Assembly (NCBI RefSeq): GCF_000009705.1
Contig: NC_003272.1
Coordinates: 5,400,001-5,432,000 of the forward strand
Direction of reading: 5' to 3'
DNA length: 32,000 nucleotides
From: Nostoc sp. PCC 7120 = FACHB-418
GTDB taxonomy: Bacteria; Cyanobacteriota; Cyanobacteriia; Cyanobacteriales; Nostocaceae
The translations under genes and the position numbers were made by a program. Positions within the stretch are counted from its first letter, which is position 1, and each line of letters opens with the position of its first letter. Under the pieces are notes generated by a model that saw only the letters and a list, made by a program, of their open reading frames with translations, had not been told where the DNA came from and ran no database searches. Positions 1 to 8,160 of the stretch are shown in pieces.

Positions 1-832
1 GACACATCTTATCTGTGACGAGATTACCCCCTTTTAACTCTAGGTCGATTCTTTGCAAATAGGTATTGTGATAGCGAGAACCCATTGAGATTAAACCAGT
101 TTCTAACTCAACTACCGTACCATCTACCAATTCCACACCTGACATATGATGACTTTGACCTAAAAACTGCTTAATTGGTGTTTCCACTAAGCGATAACCA
201 TACTGCTGTAATTTAGAACGTAATTCTGTACTTACAGTAAATAATCCATGAGTAAAGATAGTAATGTAAGGTGTAAACCAACTAAGATTAAACACCATTT
301 CCTCAATACTGGCTTCACTCCCCGCAAAAAAGCCGCACTGTTTATCTACCATTTCATAACCATCACAAACCATACAAACGTGCAAATTATAGCCAGCGTA
401 TTCAAAAACATTCTGCATATTTTCTAAGGATGGTAGATGGTCAATAATGCCACTAGCTGCAATCAAATACTTAGAATGCAACACAAAGTAAGTACTATTT
501 TGACGACCAACTTTCACTCGTACAGCAAAAGTATCACCTTCGTCCACAACCTCTTCAACGTAGGCGGTTAAAGAATCTCCAGCCAATGATTCATAATGTT
601 TTTTCCCTTGTTGTAACAACACACGACCGGGAGTGTCTGGAGGCAACCCTAAATAGTTATGTAATTCCTGCATCCAAAAAGAACGCGCCTTACCTTTATC
701 AATAATTAGGCTAGAAAGACGGTATCTTTGTAAGTAGATTCCAGCAGATAAACCACCAGCACCACCACCAACAATAATTGCATCATAAACATGGTCAAGA
801 CGTTCCGAAATATTAGTCTTTGATATTTGCAT
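1..832 (-). CDS. Thioredoxin-reductase-like FAD/NAD(P)-dependent disulfide oxidoreductase; partial, the 3' end lies beyond the left edge of the window
   Basis: Absent from the ORF track because its stop codon is outside the window. My reverse-strand translation from the ATG (complement of 830-832) reads MQISKTNISERLDHVYDAIIVGGGAGGLSAGIYLQRY... It has a GGGAGG dinucleotide-binding motif and a CxxC redox pair in HVCMVCDGYEM (codons near 365-380). The frame stays open to position 1. It lies 86 nt downstream of petC on the same strand. Confidence 0.75.
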   Translation of the reverse strand, partial: MQISKTNISERLDHVYDAIIVGGGAGGLSAGIYLQRYRLSSLIIDKGKARSFWMQELHNYLGLPPDTPGRVLLQQGKKHYESLAGDSLTAYVEEVVDEGDTFAVRVKVGRQNSTYFVLHSKYLIAASGIIDHLPSLENMQNVFEYAGYNLHVCMVCDGYEMVDKQCGFFAGSEASIEEMVFNLSWFTPYITIFTHGLFTVSTELRSKLQQYGYRLVETPIKQFLGQSHHMSGVELVDGTVVELETGLISMGSRYHNTYLQRIDLELKGGNLVTDKMC

Positions 833-918
833 ATTCTGGCTTTTTTGTATTTATGTGGGTAATTAATGCGGTAAGCCATGTTTTCAAAAATTATCTTTTA
901 GTAGCTTGCTCTTAAAAA

Positions 919-1455
919 TTAAACCCACCAAGGTTTTTCACCAGTACGGGGATCTGTTTCTTGCCAGGGCGAAATCCAAATGTAATCATCTTTAACCTGG
1001 ACTTGAACTAACTTCAGAGGACGGTTAGCAGGCCCACGTTCTACAGAACCTTGGGCGTCATAGCGTGAACCGTGACAAGGACATTGAAACTGTTGATCAA
1101 CAGGATTCCAAGGGAAGGTACAACCCAAATGAGTACAGTTATTAACAATACCCATCGGATCAAGAGTGCCATCTTCCCTAACAGTTAAATAGGTAGGCTC
1201 ACCAGCTAGTCCAGCAATTAAAGCCCGTGTTCCTGATGCTTGGGCTAAAATTTGGCTGGCTGGGATGGGATGACCGATTTTGTCTTGAGCGAGGATACCA
1301 CCTTCTGCGTCCGTACTTTCGGCTGGAGGCATAAAAAACTTAGTCGCTGGATATATGGCCGCACTAGCCGTAGTTGCCACAATAGCTCCAGTGAAGAAAT
1401 TCAGGAGTTGACGCCTGGACATGGAAGGATTGGCCTGATTCAACGTATCGTCCAT
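919..1455 (-). CDS. petC: Rieske 2Fe-2S protein, a paralog of the cytochrome b6f iron-sulfur subunit (PetC family)
   Basis: Carries the Rieske boxes CTHLGC and CPCHGS. The N-terminus has RRQLLNFFTG followed by a hydrophobic anchor, as in cyanobacterial PetC. The ORF-track start at 1467 is GTG; I prefer the ATG at 1455 (178 aa), which is preceded by GGTGAG. Confidence 0.88.
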   Translation of the reverse strand: MDDTLNQANPSMSRRQLLNFFTGAIVATTASAAIYPATKFFMPPAESTDAEGGILAQDKIGHPIPASQILAQASGTRALIAGLAGEPTYLTVREDGTLDPMGIVNNCTHLGCTFPWNPVDQQFQCPCHGSRYDAQGSVERGPANRPLKLVQVQVKDDYIWISPWQETDPRTGEKPWWV

Positions 1456-1742
1456 AAACTTTCTCACCTTTTCATTAAATTATATTTACACTATACTACT
1501 ATATAGTTATATGATGGGAAAATCCGAAAGAATTTTATTTTCCTTACTTCGTTTTTTACAGTCTGTAGCTTCATTAACAGCTATACAAGAGTTCTGATAG
1601 CGGACAAATAATAATGAGCAGAATCAATCTATGCTAGGGAATTTGAAAATCGAGTATAAAAAACACACACGACATCACAAACCCCAGTCTCTCAACCTTC
1701 ATTTTTGCTAATCAACAATCAAATATTCGGAGATTTCCTGCA

Positions 1743-3044
1743 ATGGCTCACATTGTTATCGTCGGTGCAGGGTTGGGTGGTTTACCCACCGCTTATGAAT
1801 TACGGCATATCCTCCCCAAACAGCATCAAGTTACCGTCATTTCAGAAACCCCTTACTTTACATTTATTCCTTCATTGCCTTGGGTAGCAATGGGTTTAAC
1901 TTCCCTAGAGTCAATTCAGGTTAGTCTGCAACAACGGCTAAAGCAAAAGGGCATTAATTGGATACTAGGGCGAGTAGATTACTTGAATCCTCAAAACCAA
2001 AAGATATCGCTTGGAGAGCAAAGTATTAGTTACGATTACTTAATTATTGCCACAGGTGCGGAACTGGCATTAGATGCAGTAGCTGGTTTAGGCCCCGATG
2101 GATATACTCAATCAGTATGCAATCCGCATCATGCAATCAAGGCGTTTCAGGCTTGGCAAAACTTTCTCTTAGCACCAGGGCCATTAGTAGTAGGGGCATT
2201 ACCAAAAACGAGTTGTTTAGGCCCTGCCTACGAGTTTACGCTATTAGCTGACTACGTACTCAGGAAACAGGGATTAAGAGAGCAAGTATCAATTACTTTT
2301 GTGACTCCAGAACCTTACGCAGGACACTTGGGTATAGGTGGGATGGCTAATTCTGCCGAGTTAGTGACAAAATTCATGGCAGAACGAGGGGTAGAGGTTA
2401 TTGAAAACGTAGCAGTTACAGCAATTGAGGCAAATCAGATTCATCTGGGAAATGGCAGAGTATTACCATTTGCTTACTCAATGCTACTCCCACCCTTCCG
2501 GGGGCCGCGCTTTGTCCGGCAAGTACCAGGATTAAGTAATCAGGATGGTTTTATTCCAGTATTGCCTACATACAGACATCCTGAATATGCCTCAATTTAT
2601 GCGGTGGGAGTTGTAGTAGAAATTAAACCATCAGAGGTAACACCTCTCCCCTTGGGAGTACCCAAAACTGGACAAATGACAGAAGCAATGGGCATGGCAG
2701 TAGCCCATAATATTGCCATTGAATTGGGAGTATTTTCTGCTCCGCCTGTGACTCCAACACTTGATGCCATTTGCTTTGCTGACTTTGGTAATTCAGGAAT
2801 TTTATTTCTCGCTAACCCCGTGTTACCAGATTTAGCCACAGGAAAACGTCGGCGAGCTGTAGCGTTGAGTGGTGCTTGGGTAACTTGGGCTAAAGCCGCA
2901 TTTGAAAGGTATTTTCTAGCTAAAATGCGCTTCGGGACTGCTGTACCTTGGTTTGAAAAACTAGCTTTGAAATTATTGGGACTGTCTTTAGTTGCGCCTC
3001 TGGCAGTAAAGAGTAGTAGAAATATCAGCCAAGAGAATTATTAA
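1743..3044 (+). CDS. sqr: Sulfide:quinone oxidoreductase, type I-like flavoprotein
   Basis: The N-terminus IVIVGAGLGGLPTA is an FAD-binding fold. Cysteines sit at residues 126 (SVCNPHH), 158 (KTSCLGPAYEF) and 344 (AICFADFGNSG), positions that match the three conserved cysteines of type I SQRs. Transcribed divergently from petC. Confidence 0.82.
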   Translation: MAHIVIVGAGLGGLPTAYELRHILPKQHQVTVISETPYFTFIPSLPWVAMGLTSLESIQVSLQQRLKQKGINWILGRVDYLNPQNQKISLGEQSISYDYLIIATGAELALDAVAGLGPDGYTQSVCNPHHAIKAFQAWQNFLLAPGPLVVGALPKTSCLGPAYEFTLLADYVLRKQGLREQVSITFVTPEPYAGHLGIGGMANSAELVTKFMAERGVEVIENVAVTAIEANQIHLGNGRVLPFAYSMLLPPFRGPRFVRQVPGLSNQDGFIPVLPTYRHPEYASIYAVGVVVEIKPSEVTPLPLGVPKTGQMTEAMGMAVAHNIAIELGVFSAPPVTPTLDAICFADFGNSGILFLANPVLPDLATGKRRRAVALSGAWVTWAKAAFERYFLAKMRFGTAVPWFEKLALKLLGLSLVAPLAVKSSRNISQENY

Positions 3045-3055
3045 AGAATATAGAG

Positions 3056-3610
3056 ATGAAGAATGAGGAATCAATTATGAATTGTCAAGGAAACCGCCGC
3101 CGACATCATCAAATATTTAGATTAAATCATAAAGGTAAAAGTGGTATGTGTGGTGTAGCGATCGCCAATACTACCACTAGACCAACTTCTGCTTTTAATC
3201 CTCATACCGAGTTAAATGCCAAAACCGAACAGGCAATGATTGATGCCATCAACGATGAATATTATGCTCGTGCTTTTTACACAGCAGTAATCAACAAATT
3301 TGGCGAAGTGCGTCCTTTTAGTAATATTGTTCACGCCGAGGATAGACACGTTTCTTTGTGGAGTCATCTATTTACCAGATACGGATTGCCGATTCCTCCT
3401 GATAATTTTATGGGAAACGTCCAAGCCCCTGACACTCTCCAAGCTGCCTGTCAAGCAGGAGTGGAATCAGAAATAGCCAATGTCCAGATGTATGACTGCT
3501 TTTTAGAATTTGTGCAAGAACCTGATTTACGAGATGCTTTCACTCAACTTCGCTATGTTTCTCAAAATCACCATCTTCCTGCTTTCCAACGTTGTGTAGG
3601 TTGTTATTAG
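3056..3610 (+). CDS. Ferritin-like protein of the DUF2202 type
   Basis: Helix motifs AINDEYYARAFY, HAEDRHVSLW and ESEIANVQMYD fit a di-iron/ferritin-like four-helix bundle as seen in DUF2202. It begins 12 nt after the sqr stop, so it is probably co-transcribed. The start is uncertain (ATG at 3056, 3077 or 3146). Confidence 0.6.
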   Translation: MKNEESIMNCQGNRRRHHQIFRLNHKGKSGMCGVAIANTTTRPTSAFNPHTELNAKTEQAMIDAINDEYYARAFYTAVINKFGEVRPFSNIVHAEDRHVSLWSHLFTRYGLPIPPDNFMGNVQAPDTLQAACQAGVESEIANVQMYDCFLEFVQEPDLRDAFTQLRYVSQNHHLPAFQRCVGCY

Positions 3611-3641
3611 AGCGTGTCCCCCGCACTATGCTGATGGCCGG

Positions 3642-3670
3642 TCTCCATATGTAAAAAAAATGGAGATTTT
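3642..3670 (+). terminator. Candidate intrinsic terminator after the sqr-DUF2202 pair
   Basis: The stem TCTCCAT (3642-3648) pairs with ATGGAGA (3660-3666), followed by TTTT (3667-3670). The stem is short and AT-rich, so this is weak. Confidence 0.3.
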
Positions 3671-4058
3671 GTCAATCAAAAATAGTGAGTAAGTTATATC
3701 GTATGTGGATCAATATTGAACTTAACTCTCGCAGTTTGGTAGCCAAACATTCTGCCCTCTCCTCAGCTTGTTCCACTATTTTCTGGGTTTATTTTATCAT
3801 TTTGGAAAAAACAGGCGATCGCCTACAATAGGCTACGCGATTCTCTTAATTAGGTTGGCCACAAAAAAGAGATAAAAATTTCAGCTTTTTTAATATTTAA
3901 TACAATATCTATCATTGGCTGATTATATATCTATACAGTTACAATTGCTAGATGGCAAAACGGTAAACTAAATAAACCTAACAGCACGCTGTCAGAAGGA
4001 AGCCGCAAAGCATACGGGCAAGTTATAATTCTCTTGCGGATGAGCGTAACAAAAATTT

Positions 4059-4391
4059 ATGAGTAACCCCCTTGTACAGGCTTTTTTTGTCGGTAGAGCT
4101 GTAGCCGAAGTCATTAACGAACGTCTAGAAGTCGCTTTTACCGATGCTTTGAGCGAAATCGGTAAATTTGATGCGGAAGCTAGAGAACAGCTACGCCAAT
4201 TCACCGACGAAGTGATAGAACGAGCAAACCGAGCCTCAGCGACGGCTGAAGCAGGTCAAACAACTACAGGTAGTGGACGACAAACTGGGGCTGCTGACTC
4301 AGTTGACTTACAAGCCACCATCGACGAGTTACGGGCAGAAATTGCCCTCTTGCGTAACGAATTACAACGTTATCGCAGTAGTTCTGTATAG
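4059..4391 (+). CDS. Conserved hypothetical protein with a C-terminal coiled coil
   Basis: A 110-aa ORF with an ATG start. The helical N-terminal half reads MSNPLVQAFFVGRAVAEVINERLE, and the C-terminus has a heptad-like stretch LQATIDELRAEIALLRNELQRY. It sits directly upstream of the ABC1 kinase gene on the same strand. Confidence 0.6.
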   Translation: MSNPLVQAFFVGRAVAEVINERLEVAFTDALSEIGKFDAEAREQLRQFTDEVIERANRASATAEAGQTTTGSGRQTGAADSVDLQATIDELRAEIALLRNELQRYRSSSV

Positions 4392-4393
4392 AT

Positions 4394-4428
4394 TTAGTTA
4401 GTGGTCAGTTGTCAGTCGTTAATTGGCG
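4394..4428. repeat. STRR-type heptamer array (TTAGTTA GTGGTCA GTTGTCA GTCGTTA ATTGGCG)
   Basis: Five consecutive 7-nt units read directly from the sequence. They resemble the TT(G/T)GTCA class of STRR repeats described for Anabaena/Calothrix. Confidence 0.75.
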
Positions 4429-4513
4429 AATGGCAATTTATGCAAACAATTTAGGGATCAGAGTGTCTTTTCTTCCAGGTGATTCAGTAATAACCCAACG
4501 GTACGCGCAGGAT

Positions 4514-6199
4514 ATGGAAACCAATTATTCGGATAAGGCTTACCGTTGGAATCGGGAAAACTACTCTAGCAAGCGGCGCTTTGTGGACATTTGGTCTTTT
4601 GTGTTGACCTTAATGTTTAAGCTTTGGCGATACAACAAATCTTGGAGTTATCCTGGTGGTGTCACGGAAGCAAAACAGGCTGCAAGACGTAAAGCTCAAG
4701 CAGTCTGGATTCGTAATACTCTGCTGGATTTGGGCCCAACCTTCATTAAAGTCGGGCAACTATTTTCTACTCGTGCAGATATATTCCCTGGCGAATACGT
4801 AGAAGAGTTAGCAAAGCTACAAGACAAAGTGCCAGCATTTGGCTATGAGCAAGTCGAAAAAATAGTTGAGCAAGAATTGGGTAAAAAAATTCCTGAACTC
4901 TTTCACAGTTTTGAGCCAATCCCTTTAGCAGCTGCTAGCTTGGGACAAGTACACAAGGCTGTCTTGCATAGCGGGGAATCTGTTGTTGTTAAGGTGCAGC
5001 GACCAGGATTAAAAAAGTTATTTGAGATAGATTTACAAATTCTTAAAGGCATTGCCCGTTACTTTCAAAGCCATCCCAAATGGGGACGAGGAAGGGATTG
5101 GATGGGGATTTACGAAGAATGTTGCCGCATTCTTTGGGAAGAAATTGACTATCTCAACGAAGGTCGCAACGCCGACACTTTTCGCCGAAACTTTCGCGGC
5201 TACGACTGGGTAAAAGTCCCCAAAGTTTATTGGCGTTATGCTTCGCCACGAGTCCTAACTTTGGAGTATCTACCAGGAATTAAAATTAGCCAATACGAAG
5301 CCATAGAAGCCGCAGGCTTAGACAGGAAGGTATTGGCACGTCAAGGCGCTCAAGCCTACCTATTGCAACTGCTCAATAACGGATTTTTCCATGCCGATCC
5401 CCATCCAGGTAATATTGCGGTTAGTGCCGATGGAGCCTTAATTTTCTACGACTTCGGCATGATGGGGCAGATTAAATCAAATATCCGCGAAGGGCTAATG
5501 CAAACGTTGTTTGGTATCGCTCAAAAAGATGGCGATCGCGTAGTCCAGTCTCTCATAGATTTGGGAGCGATCGCACCCGTAGATGATATGGGGCCAGTGC
5601 GACGTTCGGTGCAGTATATGCTCGACAATTTCATGGATAAACCCTTTGAAAATCAATCTGTTGCCGCGATTAGTGATGATTTATACGAAATAGCTTATAA
5701 TCAACCATTTAGATTTCCTGCAACTTTCACTTTTGTGATGCGCGCTTTTTCTACCCTAGAAGGGGTAGGCAAAGGTTTAGATCCAGAGTTTAACTTTATG
5801 GAAGTTGCCCAACCATACGCAATGCAGCTTATGACCGATATGAATGGTTCAGATAGCAATAGCTTCCTCAACGAATTGAGCCGACAAGCAGTCCAAGTCA
5901 GTACCACTGCCTTTGGATTACCACGGAGATTGGAAGATACACTAGAAAAATTAGAGCGGGGAGATATGCGCTTGCGGGTACGTTCTATAGAATCAGAACG
6001 ACTCCTACGGCGACAAGGTAATATTCAGATAGGCATAGGTTACGCACTGATAATCAGTGGATTTACCCTTTCAGCAACTATTTTGTTAGTTAATCATTAT
6101 GTATGGTTAGCACTGCTGGCTGGTTTAATTGCCGCAGCAGTTTCAGTGATACTGATTCGACTGCTTCTCCGCCTAGATCGTTATGACCGTATGTATTAA
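4514..6199 (+). CDS. ABC1/UbiB (AarF) family atypical kinase with two C-terminal TM helices
   Basis: Motifs present: LGPTFIKVGQLFSTRADIFP, AAASLGQVHKA, VVVKVQRPG, FFHADPHPGNI and YDFGMMG. The C-terminus is hydrophobic (IGIGYALIISGFTLSATILLV and LALLAGLIAAAVSVILI). The ORF-track start at 4409 is a TTG inside the STRR array; the ATG at 4514 (METNYSDKAYRW) is more plausible. Confidence 0.9.
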   Translation: METNYSDKAYRWNRENYSSKRRFVDIWSFVLTLMFKLWRYNKSWSYPGGVTEAKQAARRKAQAVWIRNTLLDLGPTFIKVGQLFSTRADIFPGEYVEELAKLQDKVPAFGYEQVEKIVEQELGKKIPELFHSFEPIPLAAASLGQVHKAVLHSGESVVVKVQRPGLKKLFEIDLQILKGIARYFQSHPKWGRGRDWMGIYEECCRILWEEIDYLNEGRNADTFRRNFRGYDWVKVPKVYWRYASPRVLTLEYLPGIKISQYEAIEAAGLDRKVLARQGAQAYLLQLLNNGFFHADPHPGNIAVSADGALIFYDFGMMGQIKSNIREGLMQTLFGIAQKDGDRVVQSLIDLGAIAPVDDMGPVRRSVQYMLDNFMDKPFENQSVAAISDDLYEIAYNQPFRFPATFTFVMRAFSTLEGVGKGLDPEFNFMEVAQPYAMQLMTDMNGSDSNSFLNELSRQAVQVSTTAFGLPRRLEDTLEKLERGDMRLRVRSIESERLLRRQGNIQIGIGYALIISGFTLSATILLVNHYVWLALLAGLIAAAVSVILIRLLLRLDRYDRMY

Positions 6200-6217
6200 T
6201 TGTTGTGATAAAAAGTT

Positions 6218-6940
6218 ATGAAACTCAACTTCACGGGTCATACTGATCCGGGGCTTATTCGTTCTAACAATCAGGATGATTACTATATCGACCCTGAGGG
6301 GCGATTTTTTATCGTCGCTGATGGTATGGGTGGTCATGCAGGAGGTGAAGAAGCAAGTCGCATCGCCACAAGGGAAATTAAGGCGTATTTGACCGCTAAT
6401 TGGGATGTTTCTAAACCCTCGTCCGAATTATTAGAACAAGCTCTATGGCAGGCAAATGAAGCCATTCTACAAGACCAGCAGAATCACCCTGAACGGGCTG
6501 ATATGGGTACAACAGCCGTAGTCGTTATTTTCCGTAATGACGAACAATGGTGCGCTCATGTTGGTGACTCCCGTCTGTACCGTTTGCGAGAAACACAACT
6601 AGAACAGGTTACGGAAGATCATACCTGGGTGGCCAGAGCAATTAAAATTGGCGACATTACCGCCGAAGAAGCGCGAGTTCATCCATTTCGCCACGTTTTA
6701 TCCAGGTGTTTAGGTAGAGAAGACTTACATCAAGTAGATGTGCAACCACTGGATACGAAGATAGGCGATCGCCTATTGTTATGTAGTGATGGTCTAACAG
6801 AAGAACTTCCCGATCAAAAAATCGCTCATAACTTACAAATTAATTCCTTGTTGGATCAATCTGCTCTTTCCTTAGTGGAAGACGCTAAAGAGCAAGGCGG
6901 ACACGATAACATCACCGTCGTTATCGTCGCTTTAGAATAA
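6218..6940 (+). CDS. PP2C-family Ser/Thr protein phosphatase
   Basis: Motifs present: RSNNQDDYY, VADGMGGHAGGEEAS, GTTAVV, LLCSDGL and GGHDNITVVIV. It begins 18 nt after the ABC1 stop, so it is likely in the same operon. Confidence 0.9.
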   Translation: MKLNFTGHTDPGLIRSNNQDDYYIDPEGRFFIVADGMGGHAGGEEASRIATREIKAYLTANWDVSKPSSELLEQALWQANEAILQDQQNHPERADMGTTAVVVIFRNDEQWCAHVGDSRLYRLRETQLEQVTEDHTWVARAIKIGDITAEEARVHPFRHVLSRCLGREDLHQVDVQPLDTKIGDRLLLCSDGLTEELPDQKIAHNLQINSLLDQSALSLVEDAKEQGGHDNITVVIVALE

Positions 6941-7122
6941 CGTTCCCAAAATAGCTCATTTCCAACTGGCAACTCACAACCAAAAACCGCATTTTTAGTA
7001 AATATACTCAGCAATTTGTTCAACCTGAGCATTTTTCCCATTTGCAACTTGATACAAATATTTTTAGCAGCAAATTTTCCTACTGCCAGCTTAGTTTACA
7101 TAAATTTTGTCTGTTGACATCT

Positions 7123-7151
7123 TGCACACAATAAGGTATGGCGCATATAAT
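7123..7151 (+). promoter_or_regulatory. Candidate sigma70-type promoter in the long region upstream of nblA
   Basis: TGCACA (7123-7128), a 17-nt spacer, then a perfect TATAAT (7146-7151). If used, it would give nblA a leader of about 345 nt. This is a pattern match only. Confidence 0.25.
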
Positions 7152-7502
7152 GCGATATTACTACCATTAATTTACTACCTAGTCATTAACGTCTCCCGCC
7201 AGAGAACAGTTTTGAATAGGTAGTCAATTTTAGGTATTGAACCTGCTGTAAATTTATTAAATCGATGAATTTCCCCGAAATCTGCTCTAGCAGACTTGGG
7301 TTATATACCAGTAGGCTCAGGTGCAAAACAACAAAGCACAAATTTTACCCATTAAGGATATAGGCAATCTGTCAAATAGTTGTTATCTTTCTTAATACAG
7401 AGGAATAATCAACAATATGGGGCAGGTACTAACTAAAGTCCTATGCCTGTGGGGCTTCTGTAACCGACATAACCTTTACGCGTTGTCTTTTAGGAGTCTG
7501 TT

Positions 7503-7700
7503 ATGAACCAACCAATCGAATTGTCATTAGAACAACAATTCAGCATTCGCTCATTTGCCACCCAAGTGCAGAATATGAGCCATGATCAAGCCAAAGATTT
7601 TTTGGTCAAACTTTACGAACAAATGGTTGTCCGTGAAGCCACATATCAAGAGCTACTCAAGCATCAGTGGGGCTTAGATTCTGGTTCCACTCCGGCATAG
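7503..7700 (+). CDS. nblA: Phycobilisome degradation protein NblA
   Basis: The 65-aa product MNQPIELSLEQQFSIRSFATQVQNMSHDQAKDFLVKLYEQMVVREATYQELLKHQWGL... has the size and two-helix layout of NblA, and matches my memory of the Anabaena/Nostoc NblA sequence. AGGAG lies 8 nt upstream of the ATG. Confidence 0.93.
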   Translation: MNQPIELSLEQQFSIRSFATQVQNMSHDQAKDFLVKLYEQMVVREATYQELLKHQWGLDSGSTPA

Positions 7701-8160
7701 AGTTGCTATGTGTCGCAGTGGGCGACCTCCTTCTCTTGCTCAGTTCCAGGGAGGAAAAGAGCTGGGGATGCTGGGGCGTCAACTTCCGACCGGAACAAGT
7801 TCACATTGACTAAAAAGAAATCACTCAAAACTAAACATGGCATCTACTTTCAGATGTTAAGTACTGTCGTCTTTTAACTTGTTTAGCTTTTTGTTTACCA
7901 AGCTGATAGTATTAGCAAACTTCAACCTTTAAGTGACTACTGGTTAAATCAATGCGTACCTTTGGCTTTTAAATACCGTAAGTACTCTTAGACACCCTAT
8001 TTTTATGCTTAACCAGGAGCGTATTTTTCACTAACACTGATGATCATTATATTTATTGCCAATAATAGTTACAACTACGTTATATATTTTATTTATAAAA
8101 ATTTACATATTTAGACAAGGTGTTTCACTAATACAGATGTTACAGATAATCCAGACAGTC

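Noticed and set aside
1498-1507. A 10-bp palindrome, ACTATATAGT, in the petC/sqr divergent region as a possible operator
   Set aside because: AT-only palindromes of this length are expected by chance in AT-rich spacers. I mention it only within the redox-cluster finding.
2597-2839. An 80-aa antisense ORF inside sqr
   Set aside because: It lies wholly within a strongly supported flavoprotein gene on the opposite strand and has no motifs.
4409-4513. A 35-aa N-terminal extension of the ABC1 kinase ORF
   Set aside because: It starts at a TTG inside an STRR array. The conserved ABC1 N-terminus begins at the ATG at 4514.
7136-7149. An NtcA-like site, GTATGGCGCATATA, upstream of nblA
   Set aside because: The right half-site is ATA rather than TAC, and the spacing to a TAN3T -10 element does not fit the usual ~22 nt. 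I recorded it only as a weak candidate in the finding on the nblA upstream region.
7722-7736. A short hairpin, GTCGC-AGTGG-GCGAC, after nblA as a possible terminator
   Set aside because: It has only a 5-bp stem, followed by a mixed C/T tract rather than a U-run. That is too weak to call.
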